From assembly GCF_964204645.1 (NCBI RefSeq), contig NC_134028.1, forward strand, positions 11,207,263-11,271,262: a stretch of 64,000 nucleotides of DNA. Direction: 5' to 3'. The notes under the pieces are model-generated. The model ran no database searches, had not been told where the DNA came from, and saw nothing but the letters and a program-made list of their open reading frames with translations. Position numbers and translations under genes: made by a program. Positions 11,695-21,542 of the stretch are shown piece after piece (the stretch's first letter is position 1; the number at the start of each line of letters is the position of its first letter). The DNA is from Tubulanus polymorphus. Its lineage: Eukaryota; Animalia; Nemertea.

Positions 11695-12232
11695 ATGGTA
11701 ACATCAAAAATGATCGACGTTGTTAATGTAGTAGCGACTGCAAATCTTAATTGTAAGCTCAATCTAGAGGAGTTGTCTAGGACAATGTTAAACGTAGTGT
11801 ACAACCCTCGTAAATTTAACGCATTAATTCTTAGGAATAAGCGCATCAGGGGCACGTGTCTATTATTCACAAGCGGGAGAATAGTATGTAACGGAGCAAA
11901 GTCATCCAGCGAGAGTTATACCAGTGTGCGACGATTTGCTAGATTGATACAAAAGATTAATACCACTGCCGCCGTTAGATTGACAGAATTTAAAATTCAA
12001 ACAATGACAGGTGTTGCGAAAAACGGGAATTAAAGTTAACTTATCCCAACTACACACGTTATTAGGTGGACGATATGATCCGGAGATCACCCCCAGCCTC
12101 ATATCTCGCTGTGGAAATGTTACATTTATAATACAACATAAGGGATGTGTGATTATTAGCGGGTGTAAATCTTTAAAGCAGATTATTTCGGTGTTGCCGC
12201 ATGTGTTGTTCAATATGCATATGTGTGAATAA
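11695..12232 (+). CDS. TATA-binding-protein (TBP/TRF) homologue encoded by the Maverick, with a 1-nt frameshift in an A5 run (12019-12023)
   Basis: VNVVATANLNCKLNL..YNPRKFNALILR..LLFTSGRIVCNGAKS..RRFARLIQK..FKIQ aligns with TBP repeat 1 (QNIVSTVNLGCKLDL..YNPKRFAAVIMR..LIFSSGKMVCTGAKS..RKYARVVQK..FKIQ). The next frame gives repeat 2 (YDPEITPSL..GCVIISGCKS). Confidence 0.9.
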
Positions 12233-12342
12233 TCGGGATAACGAAATGATGAAGTCTGATTGTTTACCGCAATCGCTCATTAACATTAATTGTAAAAAAT
12301 TCAACATTTCGTGTTGTGTGCAACAGTCAAAAGTGGAAGACG

Positions 12343-13415
12343 ATGTCGACTCGCCTGACCTCGGACTTGAAACAGATACTGAACAACCTGTACTACAACC
12401 CAGAAAACCCAAGCGCTTTCGGTGGTTTGAATGCATTACATCGCGCCGCGAAGCTGTCCGGAAATGAAATTGGTATAGACGTTATTAGAGACTTTCTGAA
12501 ATCGCAAGAGGCATATACGCTTCATCGTCCTACTCGCGTGCGTTTCAAGAGGAATAGAACAATAGTATCCGGTATCAATCAACAGCATCAAATCGATTTG
12601 TGTGATTTATCGAATATATCTAAGTATAATAAAGGAATTAAATATCTACTGGTTTCGATCGACGTTTTTTCTAAATTCGCTTACGCCATACCCCTAAAGT
12701 CGAAAAATGGTGGAGAAGTTAGTAGCGCATTCGAAGGTATAGCGATTAAAAGTCGTATGAAAAAAGTTCAAAGTGATAAGGGCAAAGAATTTTTGAATGC
12801 ACATTTTAGCAAGATAACAAAGAAGTATAACATTCATCACTTTACGAGCGAGGATACAGTGAAATGTAGTATTGTCGAGCGATTCATCAGAACGTTAAAG
12901 GGAAGATTATTCCGCTATATGACCGCGTACAAGACGAAAACCTATATAGATGTTCTTCCTAAGATTATAAATGCCTACAACAATTCGTATCATAGGTCGA
13001 TAAAAATGAACCCGTCTCAAGTTAGTGAAAATAATGAGAAGTTGGTGTGGGAAAACCTATACGGAAAAAAGAGTCTCTTATGAACAAACAGTACAAGTTT
13101 TCTATTGGGGATACCGTCAGAATCGCGAGATATAAGAAAGATTTCGACAAGGGTTATTTACCCGGATGGTCGCACGAAATATTCTCGGTTTCAAAACAGA
13201 TCCCGCACAACCCACCGACATATAACATTACAGATCAAATGGGTGAGCAGGTTCAGGGACAATTCTATCATCAAGAATTACAAAAAGTAATTAAAAACGA
13301 CGATGTTTACCGAGTGGAGAAGATTATAAGAAGACGCGGTCGAGGAAGAAACCGCGAGTTGCCTGTGAAGTGGTTGGGATACCCGACGAAATTCAATTCG
13401 TGGATTCCGGCATGA
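12343..13415 (+). CDS. Retroviral-like (RVE) DDE integrase with C-terminal SH3-like and chromodomain, split into two frames at about 13065-13083
   Basis: LYYNP, HQIDLCD, QSDKGKEF, VERFIRT, YNNSYH; then FSIGDTVRI..GW..E.F and YRVEKII..VKWLGYP..FNSWI. Confidence 0.92.
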
Positions 13416-14161
13416 GAAGAAGAATGCATGACTTTTATCTAACATTATTGAGCGATGGAAGCGTGGATGAATTTCCAGGAAACTCTCAAGAAAAGTTTAA
13501 AGTGAAATTGAGAGGGACGATTAACCTAGAAGGTAATTGGGAAGTCGCGTTAGTTCACATAAATTTCAATTGCGAATTCGACAACGTAATTACTGGAGAA
13601 TTTTATGTGGACTCTGGTGATGGACAATGGAGCGACGCACCGGCGGCGAATAAAATACAACTAATGTATAATGAGATAAGCCAACGAGTTTCGATTAGAT
13701 TATCCGATAACGCGAAAATTAAGTTCAGGAAGGAATTAGCCTGGGTGTTGGGCTTCCCTTCGATGCATGTAGTCGACGCCGACATTTTTAGTGATGATAT
13801 TACCGAAACTAAAATCATAGGAAAAGCAAGTTCATCCGATAACTTCGGCTACGTCAAGGTCATAGCGTCTAGACCGGTCGACCTTATGGCCGATAATCAT
13901 AACATCCTAATCTATTCAGAGTTAATTCAACATCAACAAGTTGGACACGATAGCGCACCTTTGTCAAGGATTGTAGGTGTAAACGATATAAATCAAACAG
14001 TTATAGATCGTGAATTTAGACGACCTTATTATCTTCCGCTCAGGAATAATCGACTGGACGTTATTGAAATCTATATGTTTAAGGACAGTGGTACTCCGCC
14101 CATCTTTAAAAGGGGCAAAGTATCCCTCGTGTTACATTTTAGACGAAAGTTGTTACTATGA
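13412..14161 (+). CDS. Minor capsid protein (penton, single jelly-roll)
   Basis: FYLTLLSD..FPGN...FKVKL...LEGNWEVAL and C-terminal YYLPL..IEI..D..G..F..G..LVLHFR, typical of the Maverick penton. Confidence 0.85.
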   Translation: MRRRMHDFYLTLLSDGSVDEFPGNSQEKFKVKLRGTINLEGNWEVALVHINFNCEFDNVITGEFYVDSGDGQWSDAPAANKIQLMYNEISQRVSIRLSDNAKIKFRKELAWVLGFPSMHVVDADIFSDDITETKIIGKASSSDNFGYVKVIASRPVDLMADNHNILIYSELIQHQQVGHDSAPLSRIVGVNDINQTVIDREFRRPYYLPLRNNRLDVIEIYMFKDSGTPPIFKRGKVSLVLHFRRKLLL

Positions 14162-14553
14162 AAACCGAATGTATCATAGATCAAGACGCTTGCTGTAATT
14201 ATTATTTACGGCAGGCGGGTGGCGGGAATGATTTCTATCACGGTAGACCGATACAAAAAGGAGCAGGATTCGGATCTATTCTGGGAGGATTATTCAGGGG
14301 AGCGATCCCTTTGTTTAAGACAATTGCAAAGAAAGCAGCACCACATATAGTTAAAGCCGGTGTCAACACAATAGGTGACGTCATTGGTGGAAGAGATCTA
14401 GGAGAATCGTTATTGAATAATGGTACAACAGCCGTTCGAAATGTATTAAAAGCCCCGAATAATCAGAGAAAACGTAAAGTAAAATCGAAGTCGAATAGAC
14501 GTCGTCGGGTGAAATGTCAATGTGGAACAATCGAAAGCCTGGAGGCATATTAA
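14158..14553 (+). CDS. Core/membrane-lytic precursor protein (adenovirus pVII/pX/pVI-like role inferred)
   Basis: YY..QAGGG, QKGAGFGSILGGLFR amphipathic segment, Arg/Lys-rich tail. Confidence 0.7.
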   Translation: MKTECIIDQDACCNYYLRQAGGGNDFYHGRPIQKGAGFGSILGGLFRGAIPLFKTIAKKAAPHIVKAGVNTIGDVIGGRDLGESLLNNGTTAVRNVLKAPNNQRKRKVKSKSNRRRRVKCQCGTIESLEAY

Positions 14554-14616
14554 TTAACTGATCGTTATCATTGTTAACATCTTCATTGTCATCGCCAACA
14601 TCAACACCGATATAAC

Positions 14617-15934
14617 ATGGGTTTGAAAGTACACAAAGACACGCACCCTGCACTCAAGAGTGAATTGGACATCTTTTCACTGCCGATGACTAATATCACT
14701 ATGGAGTCTGCACATTATGCTAAATATCAACCGTTAGCTACAATTACGGATAGCGGAAATATCGATTTTCTTATAACCGGTAACTCACAACATTATCCAG
14801 ATTTAAACCACACGTGGTTAGATGCAACGTTTAAAATTGTAAAGGGCGACGGCAGTCCGATGAACAATGACAAAGCAGGTGATCCTGTAGCTGCCCTTAT
14901 TAATTACGCTCAGTCACTATTCAGTGACGTCGAGGTACGATTCAACGATAAATGAATTAGTAATGGAATGGACTTACACCCGATTAGAGCCGCTATTGAG
15001 AACTTGATATTTTGTCAATCATCTACGAAACCGGGATGGATGGAAAGTGCTATGATATATAAAGACGAAGCCGGGCGTATGAACGATACAGATCCTAGAA
15101 GCGCGAATTGTAACTCGGGTCTCAAAGAACGTTATGATTTGCTGAAAAAGCCGAACAATCTCGTAAAAGCGCAACTTCGATTACACAGCGATGCGTTCGG
15201 ACTAGATAAACTACTTCTCTCGAATGTAACGGTTAAAGTTAAGTTAATCAGAAGTAAGGATGCATTTTGTTTAATGTCCCCGAATCCAGATGTAAAGTTC
15301 GAAGTGAAAATTGAAAACGCTACATTAAATGTACGACGAGTACAACTAAGCCCGTCAATTCAGTTAGCGCATGAGAAAGCATTGTCCACTAGTAATGCCA
15401 AATACCATTTTGTAAAAACAAGCATTTTTCCGGTGAATAAACCACGTGGAGTACGCAGTGTTATAAGAGATAATCTGATAATTGGAAATTTACCGAGGAA
15501 TATAATTATCGGATTCTGCTCGGACGAATCGCTGAGTGGAAGTTACGATAAAAACCCGTTCAACTTTAAACACTATGATATCGCTAGAATTGCGGTGTCC
15601 ATTAATGGGTCGCAAGTTGAAGCATCGGCAATAAATTTCGAGTCGAAAGACTTGAGTGAAGGATATTTCTCATTGTTCATTGGCACCGGTATATTGTATC
15701 AAGATAAGACAATTGGAATAACCAGAAAAGATTATGCTAACGGATATTTCCTAACCGCATTCGATGACACCGGATTTCGGATTCAGTGACCTGGCTATCA
15801 GTAAAAAGGGTTCCCTTCGCGTGGAATTGGAATTTTCAAAACCTCTACCGGAAAATATTAATTTACTATTATACACCAATTTTGATGAAGTGTTGGAAAT
15901 TACAAAAGACCGCACTGTTGTCACAGATTTTTAA
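14617..15934 (+). pseudogene. Major capsid protein (double jelly-roll) with in-frame stop (14953-14955) and frameshift near 15765
   Basis: KSELDIFSLP, QSLFSDVEV, LHSD, KNPFNFKHYD, LTAFD; continues in another frame as TPD..GSLRVELEFSKPL..LEITKDRTVVTDF* ending at 15934. Confidence 0.9.
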
Positions 15935-15938
15935 AAAG

Positions 15939-16406
15939 ATGTTGTATACCGATCAATTAATTAATATTTTACGCGAAGATACTTGTGCGAACAAATTGTT
16001 TAAAGGTGTCTACGCAGCTGATCGTTTACCCGAACCTCCTGAGTATCCCAGTATTTTTATTGTAAACTCTCAAAATAGTGATAAGAGCGGAGAACATTGG
16101 ATTTGTTTTATAATATTTGCAAATAAACAAGGTTATTTCCTAGATAGTTACGGACTACAACCGCAATTCTATAATATTATATTAAGAAACTATTTACATA
16201 CACACTGTCATTACTGGGATTATTCTCGAGTTAGAGTACAAAGTTTGTTTAGTACAAATTGCGGATATTATTGCATATATTTTGTAACTCTTCTCTCACA
16301 CGGTATGTGTTTTCCCGAGATATTCAGTAGTTTTAGTAAAACTGATTACGAGTATAATGATTATTATGTTAAACAATTTGTTAGCAAGTATTTCATTAGA
16401 ATGTAA
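15939..16406 (+). CDS. Adenain-like cysteine protease (155 aa)
   Basis: GVYAAD.LP, GEHW, DSYG, Q...STNCGYYC catalytic motifs; true ATG at 15939. Confidence 0.92.
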   Translation: MLYTDQLINILREDTCANKLFKGVYAADRLPEPPEYPSIFIVNSQNSDKSGEHWICFIIFANKQGYFLDSYGLQPQFYNIILRNYLHTHCHYWDYSRVRVQSLFSTNCGYYCIYFVTLLSHGMCFPEIFSSFSKTDYEYNDYYVKQFVSKYFIRM

Positions 16407-17309
16407 ATTTCATCTTAAAAAAGTGATAAAAAATTGTAAAATATTTTTCGATACAATGCAAAAATTTCGGTAACGAGTATACATATTTCACATTGAGAAT
16501 ATCTAAACATAAGAATTATGTAGAATTAAGGAAAATAATACGTAGCTTACCTTAGTAAATGAGTTTTCTTTCCTTAGTCTCCTTTGGTGACGATAATGTC
16601 GATGATGATGATGATAGCGTGGTTCTGCATTGTTGGATACTTCGACGCGTTGGAACGAAAAAGACCGTGTTGCGGTAGTCGGCATTTTTAAATGTTCGAT
16701 CAACAATAGGATGTTAAAATTTACCAATCAACGTAATTTTTAAGTTACCACAGAATCATACCATTGGTCTACTTTAAATCACGTGATACAGATGTCCGAC
16801 GATAAATTCATTTATGATAGTATTCTCGGAAGCAAAACCTAATAAATCACATTGAACCCAGTATTCATGATGAAGATTATAAAGAGAAAAAATGCCATTA
16901 CCGTCGGTGGGAACTCTCGAAATTACACCGGAGTGTTATTGTTCTGTATTCTCATTAACAGGTCATCTGAGTTCGCATATCCCAACTATCATGTTAGCCC
17001 CTATTGTTATTCAACTACATTCACCATCACATCCACTCCTGTCTGTTAAATTCATAGAATTTCAGACACATTCAATAAAAATATCTTGCTATACTTATAG
17101 TTTTGTCTCCCCTGTTTAATTAACACTCGAAATAATTACATCATACTTACATCATACATACCATACTTATAACATATACTTTGTTCTATCAGATTTTACT
17201 GAACCCCCTTTCACAATACTTTCAGAAATTTACTCATATACCAGAAATAGTATAAACAACCCGCTGTTAACCCTCATCAGCACAACAATAACACACATTA
17301 GCTCAATAG

Positions 17310-17669
17310 CTAACTCAATAGTTAACCCACATTAGCTCCATATAACACATAGACATTAGCCCGATAACTAGTTCACATTAGCTCGGTATTAACATTCATT
17401 CACTCACATTAGCTCAATGTTAGCTCAGATTAGCTCAGATGTTAACCGATATTAGCTCAAATTAGCTCAGATGTTAACCGACATTAGCTCAGATTAGCTC
17501 AAAAGTTTGCTCAGATTAGCTCAGATGTTAACCGACATTAGCTCAGATTAGCTCAAAAGTTAGCTCAGATTAGCTCAAAAGTTAGCTTACATTAGCTCAA
17601 AGTTAGCTCACATTAGCACAGTTAGCCCAAAAGTTAGCCGTGCCAGAACCCCCCTCTGACTATACTACT
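17310..17669 (-). repeat. Maverick right TIR
   Basis: Reverse complement of 4219-4631 minus one 54-bp unit. Confidence 0.95.
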
Positions 17670-20600
17670 AATGTCGATTAAAATTTATAAGAATTACGAA
17701 CTTTTGAATGACATGGGCAATAATTCAAGTTGAATTATCGGGAAGACGATATCAATGTTTATAACTTCACCAGCGCACATTGTTGCATTAAATTGATAAA
17801 TGAGTGATATCATAAAAGATTTAATTATCAGCCGAGTTCATTGATATTTTCACTTTGTTTCTATCTCATTCCAATCCAGAGATATGAACGAAATAAGAAA
17901 ATCAAACGGGGCAAAAATAGGGACAAAAAATTCAACAATGCGGACCCGGCGGGTACCCAAAAAATGGCGCCTGGAAACTGTAGGTAAAAAGGCTTATTAT
18001 CTACATTTTCAAATATAGGCTACAAAGAAATTTCGAACATAATGCAGATATCAACACTTGGCATCTGAACCAAACACCCCAGAAATTCGATACTTTATCA
18101 CAATTCGAAATTTTGATTATTCAAATCCACTTCAAGGAATTTCTACATTTCTAATCTACCAATCTAGTTTGAATGAGCAAATTACAAATGCCATATATTA
18201 GTAATTTCACAACACACCAATATTGACCACTAAGACTTAGAACTACAAAAGTAAATGTTGGAACAGTTGGTTGCAGGATACTGATGACCTATATTGATAC
18301 CTGCATAAAGCAGAGGCGGATCCAGAGGCCAACTTTGAAGAACTTGTCACATCCCAATAAAGAACTTTCATGTCCAAGGCAATTAGGTGTATCCCTGCAC
18401 TGAAATGTGCCAATTATCTTTGTTGACAAAATGAAAAAAAAATGTGCCCAAAAAATTTGATGGACATGTACAAGTCTCACAGGTCCCCCTGGATCCAACC
18501 CACTATAAAGCATGAAACGCATATATAGATTATGCCCTAATATCGTTGTATCATTCACCTAAACTGTGAAAACCACAACCTTTGGTTAGCTGCTTGAGAT
18601 CAAACATGAGCAATGTTATATGAGTAACCTCTATACAGACACATAGAAGAAATAATATGCTCATAGGTTCCCTTCTGGAAAGTCCCAAAAAGTAGCAGTT
18701 TCTACATTATTATCATATGAATAATGGATCTCCATATTCATCCTAGCATTGAACGACTAAAATCGTCAGTGTATCGGCTGAGGAGCTGTGCAGGTGGAGA
18801 TATAGTTTAATATGCAGTGCAGTCATGCATGCCACAGAGCTGATTGCCTCAGATTGCTGTGTGCCTGGACAAATGCTTAAATTTGTTCGACAAATCATAT
18901 GATAGCCAAACGTCGCTGTGATATGGTAGTTTGACATCGGTTACCAATTTTCTCATTTTTTGGTAGTGATTAGAACAGCAGTTGAGACCTATGGGTGCCA
19001 TCTTTATTTAGTACATTGGTAGCACAGTGGTATCTAACACAGTGATCATTTCAACATTTCAATCAAGGTGGTCTCAAATGTGTACTTGCCTCACATTCAC
19101 ATGGTTGCTGTTCATGTCAATGCATGAAATAATGTATCCAATTCAATTCACAAAACTTCAACAGCCATATATCACTTCAAATGTCTTAAAATTACAGCAA
19201 GCAGCAAGTCAAACGTAGTGGAAGTACCTAACAGTACAGCATTTTGAAGGATACACGTGTTTTCATGCTTCTTGTAATCTTAAGACATTTTCAGTAATAC
19301 ATAGCCATGGAATTGATGTATATTTATAATGGACACATGTGGTTTTTAGGTTAAAGGATTTGCTGGGTTAATGCATAGTTAGTTCAGATAAAAAATAATG
19401 CCCATTGAATTGGCAATGAAAATGGAATAATGGTGTGTATAGGTCAAACTTCTTACTATGCTATCAAACTAGCAAATTTGAAAGGGAAAATTGTTGAAAT
19501 TGCATATTCGCTTGGCTATGAGAATCATTCATTGGTCCTGCAAATCCGAAACAAATAAGAGTCTAGAGTACCATTGCCAGTTCATGCCCAGTTCTTACTG
19601 AATCATGTTATTACGTAAGCACTTACGTGCTAAATAATGCAACATTTTAATACCAATATCTTGACTAAAAATGTAGAGGCAGTTTTCTTGAAACAGCTTC
19701 ATCTTTCTTAAAATATCATTGAAAATTTCAACAAAATAACCGTGATATCAAGAAGTCTGGAAAATATCAAAGAGCTCAGCTGCATATTACAGGTATGTGA
19801 TTATTCAATATGGTTTCTTAAAACAGCATGTAAATTCCATAATTTTATAATTCAAAAATATTACTAGTTTCTCAATAATGAATATCACATTGGGCAGCTT
19901 TAATATTATATTTTTTACATGCTGTTTTTTAATTTGAAAATATCAGCATAATCAACTGATTTCTACTGAGATGTTTTTTAGACATGTTGATGATACCCTA
20001 ATGTTATTCTCTGAAAATCTTCAATGAATTCAGTTTATCTATCACTTGAATAATACAAAATAGGGCAAGCGATAAAGCAGTAGTTCCCAACATAAGAATG
20101 GTTTACAGATGGCCTAGGGCTCAAATGATGATGTTCATAAATCAGGCCAAAATAAATTCATAAACATGAATCATCTACATTATAATTGCAAAATGTGATT
20201 TAATGAATTGTGACTATATACTGGACAAGGATAGCTGAAAAATGTGCAGAGGACAAATTAAACGTTCATCAAAGTATTAGGGTATTCTAAGATGAACATA
20301 GGTCATTTGATTGAACTTCAACCAATTTCAATAATGTATTCAATGTTAGAATTATGTAAGTTCTCTCAACCGGCTAACAGATCCACAAAAAGCATTAATC
20401 TCTATAGAAACATACAAAGAAAGCAACAAAAGCAAGGAATTCAATGAGAAAAGTTCTCGAACCAAGCCCAGTAGCTAAGTTAACAAACATTTAATTGGTC
20501 ACAAGTTCTAAAGAAGAAACATTGCATAGTTATGTATTACCCCAAGGTGATCGTTGAATGTGGATTGATGGACGACGACGCTCTAGATAATATAGGCAAG

Positions 20601-21034
20601 CAGAAAATGGTGTGAGTCTACTATTAAACGCTACTGATTATTGATTATAAATGATGGAAAATTATAACATAACACACAATGACCTGGCTGCCAACCATCA
20701 TCTTTACAGATATAAGAACAGTCATGAAAATATCTATAAGGAACCTTACATCAGTATGATGTAACACTACAAACGTACACCTTTCATAGATAGGAATTCC
20801 AGGCACACTGAATCGATGATCCGATGATGAAATATTAGAACTCAGTAGTAGTAAGAAATGAAGTAATATTCGATTACAATCAACCTTAGTTTATCTGTAA
20901 CACTAGGGATCTAACTTTTTAGTCCGGAGACTTCAAGAGATTTTCGCATACCATTAAGAGATTTTCGCAAACAGTAGTTCTAGGAGATTAACTATAAAAC
21001 CTATACACACAATGAACTAAGCACACAGCCATTA

Positions 21035-21542
21035 GGCCATCCCAGAATAATTGTCTGTTTGCCGTAACACCGACCCATGTTATCAGGATGAGTCAGTAGG
21101 TAGCTAGAATTTTTTTTGGCAAAATTTTTGGGCGAAGAAAAATTAAATTTATCACCATTGCTTACATGAAAACAATATCAGAAATCTGCGTTGTGTACGG
21201 GATATTTGTGTTTAGCCTAGATTTCAAGAATAATTTTAAAAATATAACTTCGTCCAGAGCCTCATCTCTGTGTTCAAAATGAAATAGTAGATGCGCGCTT
21301 TTGCGTTACCAGCTTGAATGTAGTCACTATGAATGAATGGGTGGCAGCTTATAAGAACACTGCCAGTTTCCTGAAAAATTTAAACTAGGCCACACGTCGA
21401 GGCATGTTTTCGGCAGTGGGTCAGCCGTTTTTATAAAAAATAAAATTTATTTCAATGAATCCCAGAAAAAAGGTTTTCACTCGGCACCTTTGAAGTCGGG
21501 TCGGTCGGGTTACAGCAAACAGACCATTATTTTGGGATGGCC
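21035..21542. mobile_element. PIF/Harbinger-type MITE (partial related copy at about 22835-22970)
   Basis: About 40-bp imperfect TIRs ggccatccca.aataat..tctgtttgc / gcaaacaga..attattttgggatggcc, flanked by TTA on both sides. Confidence 0.75.

Larger units (their letters stand above)
4219..17669. mobile_element. Maverick/Polinton (endogenous adintovirus-like element), 13,451 bp
   Basis: AGTAGT...ACTACT termini, about 360-410-bp TIRs, 6-bp TSD aacgtc (4213-4218) / aatgtc (17670-17675), and the core genes pPolB, ATPase, RVE integrase, penton, MCP and adenain. Confidence 0.97.
1..17776. mobile_element. ISL2EU-like (PIF/Harbinger-related) DNA transposon with long TIRs, interrupted by a Maverick; left end runs off the window
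   Basis: 1..230 is the reverse complement of 4092..4218 joined to 17676..17776. It encloses a convergent THAP + DDE_Tnp_4-type transposase and a YqaJ-like exonuclease gene, the gene pair known for ISL2EU. Confidence 0.85.

Noticed and set aside
15786-15938. 51-aa N-terminal extension of the protease in the ORF track
   Set aside because: This stretch is the frameshifted MCP C-terminus; the protease starts at ATG 15939.
16750-16960. HW...IYDS pattern on the + strand hinting at a second protease remnant
   Set aside because: Very short, bounded by stops, and no catalytic Cys motif found.
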